Assembly: GCA_964035545.1 (NCBI GenBank)
Contig: OZ037771.1
Location: forward strand, 8,859,408 to 8,923,407
From: Bugula neritina
Lineage: Eukaryota; Animalia; Bryozoa
Direction: 5' to 3'
Length of the DNA: 64,000 nt
The translations under genes were made by a program, and so were the position numbers. A model generated the notes under the pieces. That model was not told the origin of the DNA. It saw only the letters and a list, made by a program, of their open reading frames with translations, and searched no databases. Below, piece after piece: positions 34,056 through 45,700 of the stretch. The stretch's first letter is position 1; each line of letters starts with the position of its first letter.

Positions 34056-34067
34056 GCCGAAATAGCT
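34056..34067 (-). promoter_or_regulatory. Element A non-canonical PBS, complementary to the 5' 12 nt of tRNA-Phe
   Basis: Abuts the 5' LTR; the plus strand reads GCCGAAATAGCT; no TGG-starting PBS next to the LTR. Confidence 0.75.
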
Positions 34068-35215
34068 TGTTACCTGCAAGTGCAAATTAATATGAGAGTC
34101 AAACTCAAAACAAATAACGGAGACTAGCAGTAACTTATAATAATGATTATAATAATAATTATAATACGAATAATAATATATCGACAGCCGCAAGCTGTCA
34201 CCGTGACCTCCAAACCACCCCTTAGTCACCCCAATCTCCACCCGTGATCTGCCCAGCAAATCACCGTATTCGCCCAGAATACAATGACCAGAAACTTGAA
34301 TTTGCTAAACTCTCTAATAGATATAAACGTTCTCAGTCGAACACTGTCACACGATTGATAGAGGCTTTTGTTTTGCAGCGCAGCACGAGAAGTCCTTGAC
34401 CCCCTGCTGTGTACCTAAGCACTCTATCTTGCTGCGCCGCTAACGGCATCGGCATACTTACAGCCCACACAAATATAATTATATAAATGCATTAAATTGT
34501 TAATATTAGTATTATTATTTAATTTTAAAATCGGAACTACTTTACTATTAAGTTATAGTTATACCTATTGTAGTAATTTGTGCAATTACTGAGCGCGAGT
34601 TATTTACTTGCGTATAGTTAGCTGGTTATTCTGCTAGCAATTACTAGGGTAGCTGTCGAGTAATTATATTTATTATCCACAATAAAGCATAAAACAAACA
34701 TCACATCAAATTATCCTATACATCAGTCAACTACTAACACATGTTACTACTTCAAGCCTCCGCTTACAACAACGTGATATAATGTTAATAACCCGGGAAG
34801 TGTCACGTGAATCGGAAGCATATCTTCCGGAGCTGCTAATTGGTTGCTACATAAGGGTCTAAGTATTCCAAGAGTAGAGAGAGGGCGATTCCCGTATTTG
34901 TACTTTGCACTACTCACTACACCGCCCCCCCCAGCAGAAAGCCCTACTTTCTGATAACACAATAAAAAAGACACATAATGAAAAACTATACAATAATCCA
35001 AAAAGAAAAACATACATAAGTAAACCCACAAAGAGTAAGAAGAGAAATAGTTGAGCACGACAACATTTACATTAGAAGACAACAGGGTGATCGATCACAC
35101 ACATCTAGTCAGCTATTAAGAGAGAGGGTGCTTACCAGCACGCGGGCCAATGTCGGAGCACTCGTCACTTTCCAAATGAGTTACAGCTCAACGAAGGTGC
35201 CTACCCCAGGCATTC

Positions 35216-36273
35216 TCATTGGGTGGACTCTGATTCTTGTAGCGATCGTGCTCTGTGTCGAGCCTGTCGGGCATGTGGCCGCCTCTTCAGTCGCCCCACT
35301 GAGTCCTTCAACTGGTATAGACCTGTCGTCGTATCCAGCAGGTCAGGGGCAAGTTGTGTGAACTCGGCTTGTAGTCTTACAAGCCGCTCTTCTACATTAG
35401 CCAGCTGGCTAGGCCTTGGTGGGGTTGTAGTAGTCTCCGTTAGAGGGGGTATTGTTGTTTCTTCTACTTCTGGGGTGTTGCTAGGGTTGACGGGGGTAGG
35501 AGGCGGGCCCTGAACCATAGGGGACTTATGGCGGGCGGATAGCAGCAGTACGTGGAACCCTGACGCTAGTGCGGCCAGGGTGATAGCCTTCCTGATGACT
35601 GGCTTGATGGCATCCAGGTATAGGGGGAAACTGTCTTCATCAACAGTGTGGTTTTCTCCGGCGAAGCAGCTCAGCTTATGTACTGTCACGGGATACGGGT
35701 AGACGTCGTGGAACCCGCAGGGACAGAAGTGGAGTAGGAAATGGGCGTCTACATGTAAACGCAGGGAGCGGTGTGACGGGCACTCCTCAAAGCAGACCTG
35801 GCAGGTTCGGTGGGGTCCACTGGGTCCCCAGGCTTCTTCAATTCTCCTTTCCGTCGTGGGTGACACCCAACGGTGTCGTCGACGGAGCACCACGGGTATG
35901 CCATTCTCCATTACAGGCTCTTCTTCCATAGGCAGAGAGGTTGGCTGGTCCCGTGACCGGGAGGTGGTCACTCGAGTGTGATCTGAAAGAGTAGCAGTGT
36001 TAAAGATTATACACTGAGGTACCGTCGGCGTGTACAGCCTGACCGGTACTCTGTTCAGTTACACTCGTGAGATTCAGGCTAATGAATAGTTGATGGAGAA
36101 CACACTCGCTATGACAGATTATTTAAAATCAAAGTCGACGTGTATTCCCACCACTGTTTATCATTATCGAATCTCCAGCTCGCTAGCTATCGTAGCTAAA
36201 GCTGACTGATGCAGTCTAGTTATCGTACCAAAAACATAATTAACTCACCCTTCGATCCAGAATAGTAAGACAT
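35216..36273 (-). CDS. Element B spliced accessory gene: C2H2-like zinc finger plus coiled coil, 263 aa
   Basis: Exon 1 36273-36249 (MSYYSGSK+G|gtgagt), intron 36248-35983, exon 2 35982-35216 (ctttcag|AT CAC ACT CGA). Confidence 0.8.
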
Positions 36274-38510
36274 TTTGGAATGAGAGCGGTAAATGATTAC
36301 TGTTTACGGGCACGTCTACTCTCGACTGCATCAACATAGGAAAAGACCGGACAGCGTGGTTGTGAAACGTGACTAGGGCTTTTAACTTCTAGCGGATGAA
36401 TCTCGTGTGAGATTCCGCCGAGGCAAAAGTTAAGATTTTCGTGGTGATCACAACTCCCACGGCTCTTTGCCTGTTTTCCCATGCGAGGCCTCTCTAGACT
36501 TTCGTTACTGCCGCTTATACCGCGGTCACGTACACAGTCTCTGAGACACGCTGGAAGTTGCCTAGTGTGTGGTCCTGATCCTACGTTGGTATCTCCTTGC
36601 GGAGCCCCTCCCACGAGGGGTTTTTGCACTTCCGGACCTGTTTCTGGTTCCGGAAGTGGTGATGATGGCAGGCTTGACGTTGGGGGCGGTGGGCGCACTT
36701 TCAAGGACGGAAGTGGCCTTTCTCGCCTCGCCAAGTCTTCCTGACGTGTCATGGAGGTGTTTCCGGCCAGGTTGACAGTCTCCGCCTGCCGAGACCTTCT
36801 CGCACAATGCGTCTGCCGCCCCGCTTCACCAGGGAGACGGCTATGCTTGTTGGTCTGGCAGACTTTGCACCGTCTCACTCTGCGTCGGATATCCCGTTCC
36901 ATGTTGGGCCAGTACCACCGGAGTTGTAGCTTGGTGACCACCCCTTGGACTCCTCCGTGAGTCTCCTCGTGGGTGTCTTGTATCAACTTCCGGCGGATGG
37001 CAGCTGGGCAGACAACCCTCTTCCTGGCTGGCTGTCTGCTGTTGGCGGCCAAGGTCATGGTCAGCAGACCATCTGGCCCGACCCGCAGAGAGCTCCAACG
37101 TTGACAGTACACAGTACAGCCGTAACTCGGCGCATCCCTGTCGCCGTTGTGTACTGCTGGGTCGTCGCCCTTCCTGTTTCGCTCGGTACACGTCGGCTAC
37201 CACCCCAGGAAGGCATTCCTGGAGCTTCGGCAGCTCCCTAACGTTACCAGCCCATACAGGTTTGGCGCGGAGGCTCTGGACAGCCTCCGGGGGCGTGTCA
37301 GCCCTCTGTTGGAGTAGCTGAGCAGGGGCGGTCCTCGCCGCCCGTGGTACCTCACGACAGCCTGCTCTATTTAGGCGGGCTCCGTGGTCTGTGTGGCGGA
37401 ACGCCTCACTGTACCCATGTGGCAACCTAGCCATAGACTGGCGCTTCCCGTTGCCTGTGCAGCCACGCGTCCCTGGAGGAGGGGAGGCGTGGGTTGGGAT
37501 GGTCCTCCGCCCTCGAGACGGGCTCTGCTGACGACCTTCCGTCGTAGCTCCCGACGACGGCCCAATGGCTTCCTCCTGGACAGGATGGAAGCGACCCAGC
37601 ATGGATCTGGGTGGTAGGTCTACTGTCTCTGAGAAGGGGTTGACACACTGCACTGAGATCTCTCCTTGTCCCGTAAGCCGGCTAAAGCTATGGGCAAGTT
37701 GGACTCTCGAGTGCGTACTTTCGACAACTCCCAACTTAGAGGTTTGGCCACCGTCTACCTTGCAGCGGACAGTAGCCCGGGAGTGGCCTGGTATAGTACA
37801 GCTCCGTACTACCTGCACTGCTCCCGCTAGAGGACGACCAAACTTATCGACACAAGCGAGCTCCTTGCCGCCCATGATCATCGCAGATTTACTGAAATCG
37901 ATGCGACATCAGTGTCGTTGTAAGAATGGCATCCCGAGGATAGCATCCTCGTTGAGCTGCCCGACGATAAACGTCTCTTGGATGGCCTGGTTACGGACGT
38001 AACCAGTTAGCTCAATAATGCCGTAGAAGGGAATGCACGACCCGTCTGCCAGGGTGCCATGATCCCCCTCATACGGTGCCAACCCGTCCTTGACCTTAGC
38101 GCTGAGGGTGTCAAAGAACTGACGGCTAAGGAGGTTGGTGGTGCAGCCTGAGTCCAGGAGGAAGTTGGCATGCTTGCCGGCTAGCTTTCCTGGCAGGAAG
38201 TAGCTACTTCCGTGTGGCTGCAGTTGTGTGTGCCGTGGTTGCACCTCCCTCGCTGTGGGTCGAGGGGTCCACGGTTGGCGGCGACTATTGACCAGCTGCC
38301 GAGGTTGGGGCGGTACGCCTTGTGGCGCCTGTACTGTTTCCCTCGCAGGCTCTGTGGTCAACCGTCTGCCGGCTCCGTGTTGGTGCTGGAGTGGCGTAGA
38401 GGACCCAGGCGGCGAGTGGCTTGAGCCTACTTGCCGCGGGGGTCGCCACTTCACAGCATCTCCGCGCGGCGCCCAGCGGGGCGACAGACGCGCGGGCCTC
38501 CCTGGGTGAT

Positions 38511-39461
38511 TCACAGACGGCCCGCAGGAGGTGGGAACATCCGCGAGCCGTGGTAGTTTAACCCTTGTGGGAGCTGAGGGCAGTTCCTCTGGAAATGTCC
38601 TGGCCTTCCGCATTCCCAGCAGAAGTGGTGCCCCATGCCTGGTGATTGTACCTGCGGCCCGCAAGGCTCACGGGCAGTATCTACCTGGCTTGGGGAAGCT
38701 AATGTGGTGACCAGTTTATCTAGCATGTCAGTCATCTGTGCGATTTTTGACGCTAGTGACATCTGGTTCACATTAGCCACCGCGGAGGGTTCCGCGTTTG
38801 GTTCGGCGTGAGCAGTAGTGTGCTCCGTGGTCACCTGGCGGGAGGCCACGCGGTTGCGGTGCATATGAGTCGCCAAGAGGTAGGCTTCTCCCACCGCAAG
38901 TGCATCTTCGACCGTGGTGACTCCCCTCGCTTGGAGTTGATGGTGGAGCCACAAGTCGTTGATGGACTGCACGAAGGCATCATAAGTATACCTCTCACGG
39001 TGTACTGGAGGCAGATCGCGGAACGCGATCTGCGCTAGTGGGTACACCGTGGCAGCGTGCTCTTCTAGCGACGTGTGAGGATCACGCCGCATCCTTTGTA
39101 GACGGGCCCGCGCATCTATGGGAGAGATGCCAAACCGGGCCCGCAGAGAAGCAAAGATTCCGTCTATGTCAGGTCCCGCTCCGTACGGCTTAGCTTTGCC
39201 CGTCAGCGCCATCCTGAGCTTGAGCAACGCCACCCTTGGTGGCCACTCTGAAATCTCCATCACATCTTGGAATTCTTGGATAAACTGCTCCACCGCTTCT
39301 TCGCCTGTGAAGGTGGGCGCCTTCAGCCGGTATCTGTCTTCACCATGCTCTCTAAGAATTCTCACTTCTTCATCTAACACCACTGGTTCCACAGGTATAT
39401 CAACATTATCTCTCTCACCTTCATTCAGTGGAATGGGTAGCTCCGTGCCGTCTTCTGCCAT
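38511..39461 (-). CDS. gag: Element B Gag (single CCHC knuckle)
   Basis: LKAPTFTGEE..; CWECGRPGHFQRNC. Confidence 0.92.
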   Translation of the reverse strand: MAEDGTELPIPLNEGERDNVDIPVEPVVLDEEVRILREHGEDRYRLKAPTFTGEEAVEQFIQEFQDVMEISEWPPRVALLKLRMALTGKAKPYGAGPDIDGIFASLRARFGISPIDARARLQRMRRDPHTSLEEHAATVYPLAQIAFRDLPPVHRERYTYDAFVQSINDLWLHHQLQARGVTTVEDALAVGEAYLLATHMHRNRVASRQVTTEHTTAHAEPNAEPSAVANVNQMSLASKIAQMTDMLDKLVTTLASPSQVDTAREPCGPQVQSPGMGHHFCWECGRPGHFQRNCPQLPQGLNYHGSRMFPPPAGRL

Positions 39462-41694
39462 GACTGCTATACGCAAGATCCCACCGCTGCCACCACTGTA
39501 GTAATTTGTGCAATTACTGAGCGTGAGTTATTTACTTGCGTATAGTTAGCTGGTTATTCTGCTAGCAATTACTAGGGTAGCTGTCGAGTAATTATATTTA
39601 TTATCCACAATAAAGCATAAAACAAACATCACATCAAATTATCCTATACATCAGTCAACTACTAACACATGTTACTACTTCAAGCCTCCGCTTACAACAA
39701 CGTGATATAATGTTAATAACCGGGGAAGTGTCACGTGAATCGGAAGCATATCTTCCGGAGCTGCTAATTGGTTGCTACATAAGGGTCTGAGTATTCCAAG
39801 AGTAGAGAGAGGGCGATTCCCGTATTTGTACTTTGCACTACTCACTACACTATTCCTAGAGTAAAAGTTAATCTTATATTTATACTTATACAGTTTCAGT
39901 TTGACTTTAGTCTGCGAGTTTTGGTTTGTTGATTACAGATTGAAGTAGAGATTAAGAGCTTAAGTTTACTGTCTAGCTTTACTAGCACTACTACTAGTAG
40001 TAATAGTACTACTAGTAACACTAACAATAACTGTGTCCGCTACTGTTAGTGTTTAGAAGTTTACCATAAAATTCAACTATTAGTATTACATTTACAATTA
40101 CTGATTAGTATTAGTACTATTAGTATTACTAATACTAATACTAATAGTAATAGTAATACTATCAGTATCACAGTATCAGTATGGGTATCATTATGAACTT
40201 AAAGCAATTGTAAAAGTTGAAGTGTAACTGTAAGACTAAGTCTAAAATTAGGGTTAGAATAATAAATTATTTACCTTTTTAAAATATGAATATGATGAAT
40301 TATAAATATGAATAAGTTATAGGTAATAAGTTAGTTAATAAGTATAACTAAACCCAATCCAATGTGAATATCAATATGACTATGAATATTGATATTCATA
40401 TTAAATATCAATTATCAAATTGAATGAATATGAATTCAATTTATAAATGAGGTAAACTACAAATAACTAATAACTAATAAGTATAACTGAATAAGTATAA
40501 TAATAAAGTATAGCTATAACTATAACTCAGTATAAGTGAGTACTATTAGTCTAACTCAATAAGTATAAATTAATAAATAATTATAAGACTAAAAGTATAA
40601 GTTATTAGGTATACGTATAACTAAAGTATAACCTAAATTTAAAGTTAAACTAAAACAGTAAACTACAAGTATAGCATTAACAGTATGAGTATAACTAATA
40701 CTATTACTATTAGTATTAGTATTACTATCACTATGAGTATGAGTATGGCTAAAAACTATAAGTATAAGCCATAACTATAAGTATAAGTATTAGTATAACT
40801 ATAAACAACTATAAACTTATATAAGTATAACATATTATTATAATAATAATATTAATATGTTATATGTATCAGTATTACATAAATACATTAATATAAGTCT
40901 AAGACTCTTAGTCTTACTTTTAGTAAGAGTAAGTGTAACTCACTAACTCACTAAGTGACTAACACTAACACTAACAGTAACTGTAAGTGTAAGCCTAAGC
41001 CCTAAGCCTAAGGTCTAAGGACAAGGTCCTAAACGACTAAACCAAAATTGATCAGCTTCCCAATTAAAACTCAACTATACTAACACAGCATAGTAGAGTA
41101 ATATATTGTTATGTTTTTCAGATTTAGGGTTGATATGCTATCCAGAGAGTCTAATTACTTGCTACAGAACTGCACCAGGATAAGTCGAGTGAACGAGTAT
41201 ATATTTTACACACAATAATACATTATAAAACGATACAATACATCTGACAATTTACACATCTAATCTATTCAGCACTCTAACTTCGACTGAGTTAGCAGCG
41301 GGAAACTATAATTGCTGCTAACTATCAAATACGCTAATTGGCTATCCATTGTTCCGGGTCAATTACGCGACCCTACATGTTGTGCTGCTGGTAGTTTCAC
41401 GAACCACCACACCGCCCCCACCAGCAGAAAGCCCTCTTTCTGATATAAAAAAAACGTTCATTGTTAACCGCATACATCAGTAGACCAAAATAATACATAA
41501 CACACAGGAAGATACATAATAATAGACAGAGTCATTATAACAGTCCGTTACCTACAATTGACCGGCTATAGAGGAGGAATACCGGCTAGCTGTGGTATTG
41601 GACAAGGAATAGGCCTGTCGAGCAGTCAAGCATTTACATGACATCTTGGTTTCTCCCAAGAGGGCGAAGTTGCAGATTATTCCGGGTAGCAGAA

Positions 41695-42772
41695 CTAGAG
41701 TCCTTGTTGGGCACGCCGGTGCTTGGCTTGGCATGTACGCAGTTTCCGTTTCATCCGGCATACGGATCCTTTTAGTTGGAAGAGCCCTGTTGTAGTATTA
41801 AGTAGATCCGGTGCCAACTGGGTGAATTCTTCTTGTAATCACAGGAGGCGTTCCTCTACTGTGGCCAGGCGAACTGGGTCTGGGGACGGTGTCCGTCTGC
41901 GGCGCAAAGGGGGACTGGGGGACCTGGTTCGTCTCTTCGTCGGGGTAGGAGAGATCTCTCCTTCTTCTGGATAGGCAAACTCTTCGGGGGTGTACGTAAT
42001 CTGAGGGCGGTCAGATACCAACGGGGATTGTTGTCTGGCGTTGTCTAATACACGTTGGAACCCCGATGTCAGGACGGCTAACAGCATTGCCTTCTTCACT
42101 AGGGGTCGTATAAGGGTGAGGAACTCCGGGTAGAGCTTAGCGTCGACCACGTAGTTCTCTCCAGAGAAACAGCCCGTCGCTCGATGTCTGGTGACGGGGT
42201 AGGGATAAACATCGTTGTATCCGCAGGGGCAGAATGTGAGTAGGAGATGAGCATTGACATGTAACTTCAAGGAGGGGTGAGAGGCACATTCTTCACCACA
42301 ATTCTGGCATCTCGTCCGTCCTCTGGACCCCCAGGCCGTTTCTATTTCTTCCTCTGTTTCTGGAGACACCCACCGCCAACGGCGGCGTAGTGACTCAGGC
42401 CGGTCGCCACTAGCATACTCCTCAGGATGCGGAGCGGGAAGTGCTCTATCCCGTACCCTGGTTGTAGCGGGTCGAGTGTAATCTGAAAAAGTTTCAACAG
42501 TGTTAATACAGTGCACTGCCGTGTTGTCAGCTTGAATAGCTTGGCAACTCCTAATTCAGTTACCTCGTAGAGATTTATGGTAGCGAATAGTCAGATAGAA
42601 CACGTATTGCAATGAGATTATAAAAATCTCCAAGTCAAACTGAGTTCTTACTACGGTATTTCACTAACCTATCTCCAGCTCGATTGACTCAGTGAGTCAG
42701 AGCTGAGCGATGCAATCTAGTTTCGCGTTAAGTTATAGTTAACTCACCCCACGATCTGTTGTCGTAAGACAT
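41695..42772 (-). CDS. Element C spliced accessory ZnF/coiled-coil gene with an internal TGA
   Basis: Exon 1 42772-42748 (MSYDNRSW+G|gtgagt), intron 42747-42483, exon 2 from 42482. TGA at 41841-41839 where B/E have CGA/AGA Arg; homology continues to TAG at 41695. Confidence 0.78.
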
Positions 42773-42796
42773 ACTGAATGTGTGAAATGGTTTGAA

Positions 42797-45700
42797 CTAC
42801 TGCTTAGGAACACGTCTACTCCTGACTGCATCAGCGTATGAAAAGATCGAGCAACAGGGTTGGGGTGCGTGATTAAGACTTTGTGCACTCGGCGGATGAA
42901 TTTTGTTTCTATTTCCGCCGATACAAAAGTTGATATTTCCGTGGTGTTGACAACTCCCACATTTGCTCGATACTTTTCTCGTACGGTTTTCCCCTGGACT
43001 TTCATACACGCCGCTTTTAACGCAGTCGCATATGAAGTCTTTCAAGTATGCGGGGGGTTGTCTCGTACGCTGTCCCCTTTTTAGGGGGGGTGACACGCTT
43101 GCCGGTTCGTTAGTAGGGGCCTCTAATGGCGTCTCTACTTCACCGTTAGCGGTCACCTCTTCTTGTTCTCCGGACGGAGCCCCTCCCTCCGTGGGGGTTT
43201 GCACTTCCGGAACCGGTTCGGTTTCTGGAAGTGATGGAATTAGACTTGGCGGTGGCAGACACGCTTCCGTTGGCAAAAGCTGCCGTTCCTCTCTCACCAA
43301 GTTTTCCTCCTGCGGTATGACCACTTCGTATTCAGGTCCATGCCGCCGTCGCCCGCGCGTTGTTGTCTGCCTTCTGGGCTCCAACAACGGGGGGGCTTCT
43401 CCCACTGCGTCGGGGCTAGCCCAATACGGTTTCAAGCGAGACTCATTCTGGATAGACACCTGTCCTGAGCGCTCAATCTTGTACGTATGATTGGGCATAG
43501 CCATTGACGATCACGTAGGGTCCTACGAACTTAGGCTTTAGTTTATCAGCCTGTCCGCGACGCCTACGGTAATTGACCATCCACACCTTATCTCCCGTTT
43601 GGTAGAGAGGTGGTTCATCGGAATCTTCGTGCCGCACCTTCCACTGCTGTTCGCGCAGCATATCGTGTGCGGCCTTCATCCGTTCCACTAGTTCACTGGC
43701 ATACTCGTGAACCGAGTTGTCTTGCTCTGGAACGTGGTAGGTGAGATGGTCAGGGACACGAGTCTCTCTCCCGAGCATCAAGAGGTTTGGGGTCTCACCA
43801 GTACTGGTGTGTGTGGTGCTACGGTATGCACGCATGACTTGCGGCAGCACCGTATCCCATTCCTCTTGGCCTCGTCCAAGGAGGAGACTCCGGAGCGCAT
43901 CACCTAGCATCCGGTTGTTGCGCTCCACCACCCCGTTACCTTGAGGGTGGTAGGGGGTGGTCCGGCTCTGATTTACTCCCCAGAGGTGGCAAAGGTCGCT
44001 CATCAGTTGAGACTGAAATTGAGCGCCTTGATCAGAGTGTATCTGTTCGGGAAGCCCAAAATAACAGAATACATGTTGGTCTAGTGCCCTGGCCACTGTT
44101 GGGGCTGACGCATCTGGGATAGCCAGAGCATCCGCCCACCTAGTAAAGTGGTCGGTTAGTACTAGGATCCAATTATTGCCTCTGGGGGTCAGGGGCATTG
44201 GTCCGACCAGGTCTACAGCGACTACTTGCCAGGGCCTACCAGCATATAGCCTCCGCCGTCCTGCTTCACCAGGGGGGCGGCTATGCTTACTGGCCTGGCA
44301 GATCTCACACTGTTTGACTCTGAGTCGGACGTCACGCTCCATTTGTGGCCAATACCACCGGAGTCGTAATTCGGATATCACTCTCTTGACCCCTGCGTGG
44401 GCCTGTTTGTGAGTATCCCAAATCAACTCACGGCGGATGGCCGTGGGGCAGACTACCCTCTTCCTCTCCGGGTGTCTGCCGCTGGCGGCTAGGGAGATGG
44501 TTAGTAACCCATCCTGCCCGATCCGTAGCGAGTCCCAACGCTGACAGTATAGCCGGAACTCGGCGCATCCCTGTCGTATGCGTTCCTCGCTGGGTCGTCG
44601 CCCTTCCCTTTTGGCCCGATATATGTCTGCCACGACTCCAGGCAGCTCTTCTTGGAGCTTCTTCAGCTCTCGAACATTACCGGCCAGTACAGGGTTGGCG
44701 CGGAGGTTTTGTACACCCTCCGGGGACTCATCAACTCCCTGCCTGAGTTGACCCTGGTCCCAGTCAAACGGTGCTCCGTGGTGAGCCAGCGTCTCCAACT
44801 CGCATCGCGGGGGACCTCCATCCCTCCTCTCGATGTTGAGACACTGTTTGCAACCTCCGTCAGGTCGGCGACTCAACCCATCCGCATTGCTGTGTCTCTT
44901 GCCCGGTCGATGTTCGATCCGGTATGAGAATTCAGCTAGGATTTCGAGCCACCGGGCGACCTGACTAGAGGGCTCTGCTCTCTTGCACAACCAGATCAGC
45001 GAGGCATGATCCGTACGCAGCCGGAACTTCCTGCCATATAGGTATGGTCTGAAGTGCTTCACTGACTTGATTACTGCCAGCAGCTCCTTGCGGGTAGTGC
45101 AGTAGTTTCGTTCAGTGGGTGAGAGAGACTTGCTGTAGTAGGCTACTACTACTTCTCGGCCTTCCTGCACTTGCGACAGCACAGCGCCAACATTTTGGTC
45201 ACTGGCGTCAGTGTCGAGGATGTACTCCAGAGTGGGGTCTGGGTAGGCCAAGATGGGCGCCGTTAGTAGGCAGCCCTTGAGGCGGTCGAACGCTCCTTGT
45301 TCGACTGGGGTCCACTGCCACGTCACTCCCTTTGCGGTGAGCCGGTTTAACGGCTGTGCTATGCCCGCAAAGTCTGGTATGTATTGTCTGTAATACCCTA
45401 CCAGCCCCAAGAAAACCCGGAGTCCGGTCAAGTCTTGGGGGGTGACCCAGTCTTCAATTGCCCGGACCTTCTCGGGATCCGTTGCCACGCCGTTTCGACC
45501 GACAACGTGCCCCAGGTACTTAACCTCTGGCTGCAATAGAGCGCACTTAGAAGGTTTGAGCTTAAGACCGGCACCTCGGAGTCTCTCAAAGACCTCCTGC
45601 AGACGACTGACATGTGTCTCGAAGTCTGGGGAGATCACGATGACATCATCGAGGTAGATCAGCAGTGTCTTCCAATGGAGCCCGCTGAGGACTTGCTCCA

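Larger units (their letters stand above)
29180..34469 (-). mobile_element. Element A: full-length, apparently intact Gypsy LTR retrotransposon
   Basis: LTRs 29180-29584 and 34068-34469 (TG..CA; I see 2 substitutions and one 3-bp indel). 5-bp TSD CAAAT. PPT AGGGGAGA. gag plus pol in the order PR-RT-RH-IN. Confidence 0.97.
34569..39849 (-). mobile_element. Element B: non-autonomous Gypsy (gag, PR, IN zinc finger, accessory ZnF gene; no RT/RH/IN core)
   Basis: 353-bp LTRs 34569-34921 and 39497-39849 (about 3 differences). TSD CTAT. tRNA-Leu PBS at 39478-39495. G-rich PPT at 34922-34934. The pol remnant has a TGA at 37909 and a 7-bp duplication frameshift near 37110. Confidence 0.95.

Noticed and set aside
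35216-35982. Third ORF as env (errantivirus-like)
   Set aside because: No signal peptide, fusion peptide or TM segment; it has zinc-finger and coiled-coil features instead.
40980-41045. Telomere-like CCTAAG repeats
   Set aside because: Only a few degenerate hexamers within general low-complexity sequence.
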